Part shown: positions 9,056 to 16,362 of the stretch, piece by piece
Numbering within the stretch: the stretch's first letter is position 1
Layout of the letters: each line of letters opens with the position of its first letter
Virus record (IMG/VR): IMGVR_UViG_3300032309_000245
Coordinates: 641-64,640 of that record
Source of the DNA: a virus
Taxonomy: Duplodnaviria; Caudoviricetes
Direction: 5' to 3' (one strand)
Length of the DNA stretch: 64,000 nt
Position numbers and translations under genes: made by a program
Notes under the pieces: generated by a model
The model's database searches: none
What the model saw: only the letters and a program-made list of their open reading frames with translations
Told to the model about the DNA's origin: nothing

Positions 9056-10168
9056 TCAGAGCAACTCGTGATTGTTCTTCGCCCACTCGCCGATCTTCGC
9101 GTTGTTACGCGCGAGTTTGATCGACCGTGGGTTGCGCATCATCATGGTGAAGAACACCGCTTGAACCTCGGACGAACTGATACGCTCGACGAACTCCATG
9201 AATGAAGAGAGTTCATCCTGAGTCGCAAGCATATCGACCGCTTGGAACATCATCATCAACTGCGCGGCGATGTCATCCGGGACGGGGATACCTTTGGGGT
9301 TCTTGATAACGTCTGCAACATCTGTGAGATTCTTCTCCATGTCGCAGAACACCATCATGTCCTTGGCAGCAGCTAACCCGATAGTCCCGGCCATACCTGC
9401 TTGGAAGAAGCGAGTCGTCAACTGATCGCGCTTACGCACGATCACATCGTTCTTCGCCAGCGAACGCGGAGACACGAACGACAACACCCCATTCCCCGGC
9501 TTGAAGATGTAGGGATTATCTTTTGTGTGATCTCCTTCTCTGTATGACTGCAGGCACTTCGGGTACATAGCAACCCACGCACGGGTGACACGGGAGATGC
9601 CGTTCTTGCTCGCCCATGTCAACCACTCGTTTACCGTTGGCTTCGCCAACTCCACGATACACACACGATTACCTGCGTGAGCGAGCATCGTGTCGCCCAC
9701 ACCGTCTGACGCATTGTTGGATGTTGCAATAATCCACGATCCATCAGGCAGCGCCTTGTCGCCGACCATACGCTCCAGCAGCATCCGGGTGAAGATCACC
9801 TGCAGCAACTTGGGCGCTTTGTTCAACTCGTCGAGCATGATCACCTTCGGACGCGGGTCGCTCAGGTTGAACAACGACGCCACGTAGTACATAAGTTCTT
9901 TGGTGACATGATCAGGGATAGTCATGCCGATGTCCGACATGTCCTTGACGGGACAGTCTACGTAAATATAGTCACGACTGTCGTCAGCGTAGTGCTGACC
10001 TGCTTTGCGCCACTTGTCACCGTTGTCTTCGGCGAGCATAGCCAAGAGCGAACTCTTGCCACACCCCGGCTCGGACAGGACAACCACCGACACCTCGTCA
10101 CCGATCAGGGGGATGCCCTGACGCAGATCATCGATACTGACAACTGGACGGAAATTAAGTGCAGCCAT
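9056..10168 (-). CDS. MoxR-like AAA+ ATPase
   Basis: Walker A EPGCGKSS, Walker B IMLDELNK, IIATSN, SPRS. Adjacent to the vWA gene. Confidence 0.88.
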   Translation of the reverse strand: MAALNFRPVVSIDDLRQGIPLIGDEVSVVVLSEPGCGKSSLLAMLAEDNGDKWRKAGQHYADDSRDYIYVDCPVKDMSDIGMTIPDHVTKELMYYVASLFNLSDPRPKVIMLDELNKAPKLLQVIFTRMLLERMVGDKALPDGSWIIATSNNASDGVGDTMLAHAGNRVCIVELAKPTVNEWLTWASKNGISRVTRAWVAMYPKCLQSYREGDHTKDNPYIFKPGNGVLSFVSPRSLAKNDVIVRKRDQLTTRFFQAGMAGTIGLAAAKDMMVFCDMEKNLTDVADVIKNPKGIPVPDDIAAQLMMMFQAVDMLATQDELSSFMEFVERISSSEVQAVFFTMMMRNPRSIKLARNNAKIGEWAKNNHELL

Positions 10169-10209
10169 TTTAAATACTCCTCAATGATGTGATGGACTGT
10201 TAAATAAAC

Positions 10210-11115
10210 TCAAACACAACTGAACGAACCGAACTTCCCGAGGATGTCGTCGATATCCCCCTTCACCTGCGAGCGCACCGCGTCAGAGTCACGGATCGTA
10301 TCGGCAGATACTCCCTTGATCGCATCCTCTAGCGCAGCGCGCGCTGCTTCTAGCTCTGCGTTACCCGTAAGATTGAAACTCTTGAAGGTCTCGCACATTT
10401 CACGCGCCTTCTCAAGCGTACCCTCGTAGATCTTGCGCTTGCGGATCTTGACCTCGCCGTTCTTGCCCGTTACCTCGTCGGTGTCGCAGCAGTAAGAGAT
10501 GCTCTTCATCACCTCGATGAACCGATCCTGCTGATCTTTAAGGATGTTCTGAACGATCTCCTCGGTCTGCTTGCTGTATGTCTCGAAAAGATCATCAGCG
10601 ATGTCCTGCGCAATCTGGCAACGGAAGTCATTCATCGGTACGTCAGACACGAACAAGCGCATGTTGAACTTGCCACGTACTACCTCTTTGGTAGGGTAAT
10701 CATTACGGTCAAACATGTCGCCTTGCGTGAACGCCATGCTCGTTACGATGTTGTCGTACTCCGCAGTAAAGGCATCCACGTGCTGATCGAACGCTATCTT
10801 GTGCATGTTGTACTCGTGCTTGAACCGTTCAAGTTCAATCTGTGGTAAGTATTGATTGCCCTTGTTCCACTCGTAGGTGCGACGCTGCAGCCAGTTGTAC
10901 ACGGTCTGACGATAGTTGGAGATTGCCTTGTGCTTGGGGTGATCGGCGAGCAAGTGCTGTGTGTAGCGACCGGCAGCAGCAGAGGCATTTTTAGATGAAG
11001 TCACCTCTTGCGAGACCGCCTTGTTCTGCTTGGTCGCAGACCAGACGTTGATGTCCACGCTGACCAGCATGCCGGACGTTGCAAGAGAGATGAGATGCTT
11101 GGGTTTGTTCAACAT
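10210..11115 (-). CDS. Helical phage protein (DUF3150-like)
   Basis: Start reassigned to MLNKPKHL (GGAAGG RBS, downstream of a promoter). The NLTGNAELE...DTIRDSDAVR C-terminus resembles proteins that accompany AAA/vWA pairs. Confidence 0.7.
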   Translation of the reverse strand: MLNKPKHLISLATSGMLVSVDINVWSATKQNKAVSQEVTSSKNASAAAGRYTQHLLADHPKHKAISNYRQTVYNWLQRRTYEWNKGNQYLPQIELERFKHEYNMHKIAFDQHVDAFTAEYDNIVTSMAFTQGDMFDRNDYPTKEVVRGKFNMRLFVSDVPMNDFRCQIAQDIADDLFETYSKQTEEIVQNILKDQQDRFIEVMKSISYCCDTDEVTGKNGEVKIRKRKIYEGTLEKAREMCETFKSFNLTGNAELEAARAALEDAIKGVSADTIRDSDAVRSQVKGDIDDILGKFGSFSCV

Positions 11116-11207
11116 GATATTTACCTTCCCACGTTCACGTGGATTACTGAATAAAGACTGAGATAAAGACTGACTTAGCGCGGCGACAAAGCGCCTTGCC
11201 AACTGAC

Positions 11208-11236
11208 ATTATACTACAAGTGTACATATGGTACAA
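11208..11236 (-). promoter_or_regulatory. Sigma70-type early promoter, copy 1
   Basis: Minus strand TTGTAC-17 bp-TATAAT. Positions 11206-11241 are identical to 13084-13119 (36 bp). Confidence 0.88.
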
Positions 11237-11254
11237 GGGTTGTGGGTAACTTTT

Positions 11255-11470
11255 TTATACGGACAAAACCTCCTGTTCAACCTCTATGAGATACCCGAGC
11301 CTACGGATGCCGTCGAGCGTCGCAGGGGTGAGCGTTGAATGTCCCGCCATCTGCGCGAAGATCTTGGCTTTGTCGCACATTGGGTAGACCGTGCGATTGC
11401 CATAAATATTTCTTACCCGAACAGTGATCGTCATAGTTGTGTCTCCTAGGTCTTTGTAAATGCGGCTCAT
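11255..11470 (-). CDS. Hypothetical phage protein
   Basis: ITVRVRNIYGNRTVYPMCDKAKIFAQMAG is typical of small early proteins. A start at MTITV is possible. Confidence 0.7.
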   Translation of the reverse strand: MSRIYKDLGDTTMTITVRVRNIYGNRTVYPMCDKAKIFAQMAGHSTLTPATLDGIRRLGYLIEVEQEVLSV

Positions 11471-11472
11471 GA

Positions 11473-11682
11473 TTACACTCTCCCAAATCTGAAGTACTTG
11501 ACGATACGATCACGGAACTGCGCCTTGTGCCGCAGGAGCAGAGAGGTCTGCAGCCGCTCCATGTCCCATGAAATTACTTTGCAATTCATCGGCGCGGGTG
11601 GCTCGTACGCTGAACTAATCAGCGACGGCCCCCAGTCCTTTTTGAAAATTACTTGGCCGCTAATATCTTTGATTAACATCAT
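11473..11682 (-). CDS. Hypothetical protein
   Basis: GGAG/GAGG RBS; lies in the operon. Confidence 0.6.
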   Translation of the reverse strand: MMLIKDISGQVIFKKDWGPSLISSAYEPPAPMNCKVISWDMERLQTSLLLRHKAQFRDRIVKYFRFGRV

Positions 11683-11762
11683 CCTCTCCAGTTAAAAACA
11701 TAAATTGCCCACGCGCAGAGCGCGAACACGTACGCGCACGACACCACAACAATAAAATCCAT
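11679..11762 (-). CDS. 27-aa hydrophobic peptide (MDFIVVVSCAYVFALCAWAIYVFNWRG)
   Basis: Manual translation, below the ORF-track cutoff. Fills the intergenic gap, and its stop overlaps the next start (ATGA). Confidence 0.55.
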   Translation of the reverse strand: MDFIVVVSCAYVFALCAWAIYVFNWRG

Positions 11763-11770
11763 CAACCGTT

Positions 11771-12124
11771 TCATTTCTTCATCCTCTTCCATAAATCACG
11801 CACCCAACACGGCTCGCTCCAAGTCCTGTCGTCCGTCACGAACCCCTTATCAAACTCGACACCGTAGCGCGCCACGCGGTCGAGGTGATCATCAGCAGAT
11901 AACTTCTCTTCCGAGTAGCAGGCCCAACCGACATGCGTCACCGCTCTGACCTCATCCCACGCTCCACGCTCAGGTGGATCGAAAGGCGTGGACATGTAGT
12001 CCAATTCAACCGCAGACCCAAGTTCCGCAAACTGCAGCACGTACTCCGTTGGGAAGTCCGCTCGTCTTTTTAGTGGGGTGTTCATTACCAGTCCGTGATT
12101 ATTTGTCTTTTGATCCAGAGCCAA
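11771..12124 (-). CDS. Hypothetical protein
   Basis: ORF in the early operon; a start near MNTPLK is likely. Confidence 0.6.
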   Translation of the reverse strand: MALDQKTNNHGLVMNTPLKRRADFPTEYVLQFAELGSAVELDYMSTPFDPPERGAWDEVRAVTHVGWACYSEEKLSADDHLDRVARYGVEFDKGFVTDDRTWSEPCWVRDLWKRMKK

Positions 12125-12522
12125 TTGGTATCGTATTTACCATCGGCTTTCCACTCCGTGTCCTCGTCGTTTTCACCTATACGTGCGAACACATAGCCGA
12201 TGCACTCTCGGGTGTCCTCGTATGTTTCAATAGTGTCAGTAACCAAAAGGAGCAATTTTTCGTGGCCTTGAACGCACGGATCATTCTCGTACCATTTGTA
12301 GTGCTCCACGTGGAAGTTGATCTGCAATTTCTGCTCATCGATCTCGCATTGATCTAACGCCGCCCGGCAGCTATCGTTAGACTTGGCTTCAGCAATGAAT
12401 GTGTAGAACGTCTGTGTGTTTAGTCTATCGTCGTCGCTTGTGAACCGGATCGTGTACGCGACTGTTGATCTGTATCCCATTTGTTTTCTCCAATATTGTT
12501 TTGGCGTTATGAATGGCTTCAT
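12085..12522 (-). CDS. Hypothetical acidic protein (MGYRS...FARIGE type)
   Basis: True start is probably MGYRSTV at 12480, which has a GGAG RBS. Confidence 0.7.
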   Translation of the reverse strand: MKPFITPKQYWRKQMGYRSTVAYTIRFTSDDDRLNTQTFYTFIAEAKSNDSCRAALDQCEIDEQKLQINFHVEHYKWYENDPCVQGHEKLLLLVTDTIETYEDTRECIGYVFARIGENDEDTEWKADGKYDTNWLWIKRQIITDW

Positions 12523-12719
12523 GTATTGATTGTTTTGGGGTTGAGTTGCTTGAGCATCTCCCGGTCAAAGCACGGGAAGTAGTGGGACTTGTTCAGCGGC
12601 ACGATAGTCCGTGTGCGCTTTTTGGCCCTCATCTCCCCGCATGGGAGACAACAGTCATACTCAAGCATCCACCGCTCGGTGGAGTACTCTTCACCGCAAT
12701 CGACGCATTGTGGAGTCAT
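12519..12719 (-). CDS. DksA/TraR-like C4 zinc-finger small protein
   Basis: CVDCGEE...ER...CCLPCGE pattern. Confidence 0.6.
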   Translation of the reverse strand: MTPQCVDCGEEYSTERWMLEYDCCLPCGEMRAKKRTRTIVPLNKSHYFPCFDREMLKQLNPKTINT

Positions 12720-13000
12720 GCTGCAGAACCCCTCATAACGTCATACGCGTGCATCACCTCGTACCCTTGAACCTCGTACTTGAAGCGCTCGTTGTAGTCC
12801 GAGAGTTGATCACCAGCAATGTAGGACAGTCTGTCGAGGTGCGCTGACGCCTCGTCTGAGTACACCCCCATCACGTGGCGCTCTGTGTTGGGGTGCTCGC
12901 TGCACCAGAGAATAAATACTTGGGGGAGATCGGGACACCCCATCTCGTCCTCGGTCATCTGGCTGATCTCTTCGTGATAGAACGCTTTCATCTTGCTCAT
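12716..13000 (-). CDS. Hypothetical protein, first gene after promoter copy 2
   Basis: Start reassigned to MSKMKAF, which has a GGAGGT RBS. Confidence 0.65.
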   Translation of the reverse strand: MSKMKAFYHEEISQMTEDEMGCPDLPQVFILWCSEHPNTERHVMGVYSDEASAHLDRLSYIAGDQLSDYNERFKYEVQGYEVMHAYDVMRGSAA

Positions 13001-13085
13001 GAATTCCACCTCCACGTGGGAAACTAATTAAAGACGCAGGTCACGGCACGGGCTAAGGTGTTGAGAACTCGCCGTGCCAATTCAC

Positions 13086-13114
13086 ATTATACTACAAGTG
13101 TACATATGGTACAA
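13086..13114 (-). promoter_or_regulatory. Sigma70-type early promoter, copy 2
   Basis: TTGTAC-17 bp-TATAAT, identical to the promoter at 11208-11236. Confidence 0.88.
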
Positions 13115-13160
13115 GGGTTTGAGATAACTTTTTTTCGTGGGGCTGGCAGGGTGTTTTTGG

Positions 13161-13640
13161 AGATAGAAAATTTGGTTTCAGAAATGAAGTTTTGGGGTGG
13201 ATTTTTGTTCCATTTGTTCCATTTGTTCCAATTTTGAAACTTTACGTAAGTCTACAATTTTCGTTGAAAAAACTAGGACGATCGTTTGTAAGTGCTTGAT
13301 TTTTAATATAAAATATATACTATATTATATATAATAGTAGTAATTTAGTAGGTTTGTTCCGTTGTTCCATGTTTTTTAGGGGGAGGGGGGGTTTTGTGGT
13401 GTTTTTGGAGGAAAAGTTTTGCAGCGGCTGGGCCTGACGTGACGCCCCAGAAAAAACGCGATAAAAGGGTCACCCCCTAAAAATCGTGGAACAAATGGAA
13501 CAAACGGAACAAGCCTTTGTAATCAAAGACTTACAGCGTACTTCTCTGTTCCTACTTTAAGTATGCTTGGAACAAAAAAAGATAGAAAATTTGGTTTCAG
13601 AAATGAAGTCGGAGATACTTTATTTGGTTTCTAAAATGAA
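13161..13640. repeat. Putative replication origin: iterons, AT-rich core and flanking direct repeats
   Basis: Exact 30-bp direct repeat 13161-13190 = 13580-13609. TTGTTCC x3 (13205-13229) and x2 (13354-13368). Inverted GGAACAA x3 (13488-13512) plus 13569. AT-rich tract at about 13298-13350. No ORF. Confidence 0.7.
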
Positions 13641-13743
13641 ATTCCATCACCACGTGGAACACTATTTATCGAGCTAGCCTCGCGCACACCAAGCACGCTA
13701 AACGCGCGCGACCACAAAGAACTGGCATCAGCCTTGCGGGGCC

Positions 13744-13785
13744 AAAAAAAAGGGGCCGCTGACCTTGCGGCCAGCGACCCCCTTG
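13744..13785 (-). terminator. Intrinsic terminator ending cassette 1
   Basis: GC-rich stem followed by a T8 run on the minus strand, right after the 13797 stop. Confidence 0.75.
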
Positions 13786-13796
13786 TCGGTAATTAA

Positions 13797-14447
13797 TTAC
13801 CTATTAGACCAAGCATTTACAAACGCTTCGATTGCAATGCCTAATGCTTTACTGTCTGCCGTGGGATCACCACGACTTGCAGCCGTCTTGCATTTAGATT
13901 TTAGATCATCTAATGCTTCTGACACTCTTACATCAAACCCTTTGGTAGCGCTACGTTCACGCTTTTCACCTTTGATTTCTTTTTGTAATTGCCTTGCTTC
14001 GGCTGTTAGTTTACCTAACTTATTGCTCGCATAGGTAGAAAAATTATCACGCCATTGTTTTACTACTCTATGCTTTGCGGGTTCGGTATCTTTAAGACTA
14101 CCGAATGATTGGCTAGAGAATGACATCGCAAAATCAACCCCGATAAAAGCTCTTTCGAGTTTATCGCATAGTTTTTTCTGTTTATCATCTAAGCCGTCGA
14201 AAACAACATAGTTGCCATCGACTATGACATATTCAACCTTTGGGTTATTTTCGTTATACCGAAGCTGATAACCCGAATAAAGTGTTGCTTTATCCGTTTT
14301 ACTGATTTCTTCTGGAAACCCGACAATATTATCTAGGGCATATTTAGCCATTGTCCTGAGTGTATCACCCGTGACGGCTTGCTTATAACCCATATCCGCA
14401 ATTGACGAATAAGAAGTGTAATCAATGGAAAGGTTGGTTTGTGACAT
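13797..14447 (-). CDS. Hypothetical protein (216 aa), AT-rich cassette gene
   Basis: Has its own promoter, a GGGG RBS and a terminator; visibly lower GC than the rest of the genome. Confidence 0.8.
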   Translation of the reverse strand: MSQTNLSIDYTSYSSIADMGYKQAVTGDTLRTMAKYALDNIVGFPEEISKTDKATLYSGYQLRYNENNPKVEYVIVDGNYVVFDGLDDKQKKLCDKLERAFIGVDFAMSFSSQSFGSLKDTEPAKHRVVKQWRDNFSTYASNKLGKLTAEARQLQKEIKGEKRERSATKGFDVRVSEALDDLKSKCKTAASRGDPTADSKALGIAIEAFVNAWSNR

Positions 14448-14517
14448 TTTAATCCCCTAATAAATGGGTTGAAATAAAATATCGCAAATCGCATGTCAAG
14501 CAACTTGCGATGAATTG

Positions 14518-14559
14518 ACATTACCACAATGGGTATTAATGTAAAGTTCCACGGGGGGG
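14518..14559 (-). promoter_or_regulatory. Cassette promoter B
   Basis: Minus strand C7-GTGGAAC-TTTACA-16 bp-TAATGT with an extended TG. Confidence 0.7.
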
Positions 14560-14639
14560 TGACATGCTATATAGCGCGATTGCCCACGCCCGCACTGCAC
14601 GCACGCGACGACAAATAACTGGCATCAAAACGTGGGCGC

Positions 14640-14672
14640 AAAAAAAGGGCAGGGGCCGAAGCCCCTGCCCTT
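14640..14672 (-). terminator. Intrinsic terminator ending cassette 2
   Basis: Perfect stem AAGGGCAGGGGC-TTCG-GCCCCTGCCCTT plus T-tract on the minus strand. Confidence 0.9.
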
Positions 14673-14675
14673 AGA

Positions 14676-15143
14676 TCAATCTTCGCAGACGATCTTGTAG
14701 GTCTCTACCGTTTGGGTCTCAGTACCAACCAGCACCTTGCGGCACGTCGGACTGTCTGATCTTACGTAAGCGCAAATGCTGACTGTGATCGTGTCGTACC
14801 ACGACGGCCCGTACTTGAACTCAAACCGGAAGTCTCGGTTTAGCATGCTAGGGTACTCAGCCGTTGACATCGGTTCAAGACCGTCAACGTAGAGCAGGCT
14901 GTCCAAGATCATGGTCAACTTGCGATCAGTGAACCCGTCCAGATTCGGCAGATAGCAGTGAACCCGACCGCTAGAGCTGATGCTGACATCGCCGTCGCCA
15001 AGATCGTGTTGGAAGCACGACAAGATCTGACGGTAGACTTTCTTGTGGGCCAAAAAGTCCTTGATCTGTTTAGCGGCGCGCACCTTGTCGTAGCGCATTT
15101 TGCTGAGACCCGACGCGAGCAGTTCTGTAGGCTTGATTGCCAT
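14676..15143 (-). CDS. Hypothetical cassette protein
   Basis: Start reassigned to MAIKPTELL (GGAG RBS). C-terminus SPTCRKVLVGTE...YKIVCE. Confidence 0.8.
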   Translation of the reverse strand: MAIKPTELLASGLSKMRYDKVRAAKQIKDFLAHKKVYRQILSCFQHDLGDGDVSISSSGRVHCYLPNLDGFTDRKLTMILDSLLYVDGLEPMSTAEYPSMLNRDFRFEFKYGPSWYDTITVSICAYVRSDSPTCRKVLVGTETQTVETYKIVCED

Positions 15144-15188
15144 TTCATTCTCCAAAGTCTGCGACAGGGAATCCATCGCATTGAGTTC

Positions 15189-15231
15189 ACCTTACCCAAA
15201 CCCGTATTAAATGTAAAGTTCCACGGGGGGG
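15189..15231 (-). promoter_or_regulatory. Cassette promoter C
   Basis: C7-GTGGAAC-TTTACA-17 bp-TAAGGT. Confidence 0.7.
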
Positions 15232-15301
15232 AGACCCACGCTGGCCTGCACGCGCCACACGCGCCCGACGACAAAGAACTGGCATCAGATGTGTAGGCCA
15301 C

Positions 15302-15334
15302 AAAAAAAGGGACAGGAGCCAAAGCTCCTGCCCC
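15302..15334 (-). terminator. Intrinsic terminator ending cassette 3
   Basis: Stem CAGGAGC-TTTG-GCTCCTG, extended by GC pairs, plus T7 on the minus strand. Confidence 0.85.
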
Positions 15335-15339
15335 TCAGA

Positions 15340-15537
15340 TCACTGCACTCTTACGATCTTGCGCAACTTGCCGTATCGCGCCCAGACTTGCGTCCCTTCG
15401 GGAACGTCTCGCTTTGAAACGTATCTCCCGTGGATCAGGAAGTCCTTGCCACCATGCCAGTCCTCTTTGACCAGCATCGCGCTCTTGTAATCCCGCCCGT
15501 AGGCGGGCGTGACGTGGAGATCAGCCGTAGATTGCAT
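15340..15537 (-). CDS. Hypothetical phage protein (PAYGRDYKS type)
   Basis: GAGGAG RBS; PAYGRDYKS...DWHGGKDF motif. Confidence 0.75.
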   Translation of the reverse strand: MQSTADLHVTPAYGRDYKSAMLVKEDWHGGKDFLIHGRYVSKRDVPEGTQVWARYGKLRKIVRVQ

Positions 15538-15745
15538 AGTGCATCTCCTCTTTCATGTCACTCCAAATCTCTAGGATTTTGGAGTGAGACTCAGGCGCAA
15601 CGCCTGATACGTAAGCAGCAGCGTGCGTAGGCTCAACGCCCCACGTGCAAGCTATCAGGTGTGGACCGGCTTTATACAAGCCGCCACCGACGAGGCCTTC
15701 CTCGATCAGTTGGATTTCGTGTCCGTCGTATTCTCCGTAGTACAT
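15521..15745 (-). CDS. Hypothetical protein
   Basis: AGGAG RBS preceded by a GGGGGGC-TTCG-GCCCCCC hairpin. Confidence 0.65.
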   Translation of the reverse strand: MYYGEYDGHEIQLIEEGLVGGGLYKAGPHLIACTWGVEPTHAAAYVSGVAPESHSKILEIWSDMKEEMHYAIYG

Positions 15746-15784
15746 GCTACTCTCCTAAGTTGGGGGGCCGAAGCCCCCCGAGGG

Positions 15785-15955
15785 TTAGATCAATCGGATC
15801 GCAAGGACCAGATCAATCACAAACAACACACCGAACGCAACCCCGAGGGTTGCATCGGGGAAGATTGGCTCAGCGCGCTGAGTACGATACGCAGACCAGC
15901 CGATCTGCCCGACGCGGAAGAAGTGGATTCCTCCGACTTTGCGATATGAAACCAT
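15785..15955 (-). CDS. 56-aa protein with C-terminal transmembrane segment (MVSYRKVGGIHFFRVGQIGWS...LGVAFGVLFVIDLVLAIRLI)
   Basis: Manual translation, below the ORF-track cutoff. AGGAG RBS; first gene after promoter D. Confidence 0.75.
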   Translation of the reverse strand: MVSYRKVGGIHFFRVGQIGWSAYRTQRAEPIFPDATLGVAFGVLFVIDLVLAIRLI

Positions 15956-16002
15956 GACGGTCTCTCCTGAGTCTGCTGCGAGGGATTCGCTGCATTGAGA
16001 TC

Positions 16003-16045
16003 AACCTACCAAAACCCGTGGCAAATGTAAAGTTTTACGGGGGGG
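16003..16045 (-). promoter_or_regulatory. Cassette promoter D
   Basis: C7-GTAAAAC-TTTACA-17 bp-TAGGTT, homologous to promoters B and C. Confidence 0.65.
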
Positions 16046-16327
16046 AGCACCGAAATCGCCCCGATCCGGCCCCCCATGCCCCCCACCCCCCGGATTCCCG
16101 CGATGGGACCCGCTCCCCCTATACCCTTGAATACGCACAAATAACCACAGAATTTCCCAAATCTCACATGGTTAAACACATCGTTAGGCCCCCTTATGTA
16201 AATTTTTCTAAAAATTCTCCCAATCATATGTAAACTTACACCCCCAAAAACTCCCTTTTTCCAACTCGTCCCCACCCCTTGTTCTATAGAAATACCCCCC
16301 TTATGGGACCCAAACCTCCCCTTACTC

Positions 16328-16355
16328 TTGCATAAATATATTTTTGTGATACATT
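16328..16355 (+). promoter_or_regulatory. Promoter for the packaging/structural arm
   Basis: TTGCAT-16 bp-TACATT with an extended TG, 7 nt before the terS ATG. Confidence 0.55.
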
Positions 16356-16362
16356 TGCAGTC

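Noticed and set aside
11705-11750. CG/CA-rich tract resembling the cassette spacer (TTGCCCACGC...)
   Set aside because: It lacks the 22-mer and is explained by the coupled 27-aa ORF on the minus strand.
14536-15285. Short ORFs starting in the conserved spacer motif (MPVICRR...SPPRGTLH and MPVLCRR...SPPRGTLH)
   Set aside because: They start just after a terminator with no RBS and run through the promoter. The similarity is explained by the DNA motifs, although the 12-bp frame-preserving length difference is noted.
13700-16045. CRISPR array or integron interpretation of the repeated 22-mer
   Set aside because: The repeats are 660-900 bp apart and separated by whole genes. They lack attC-like palindromic structure, and no cas operon or integron integrase is present.
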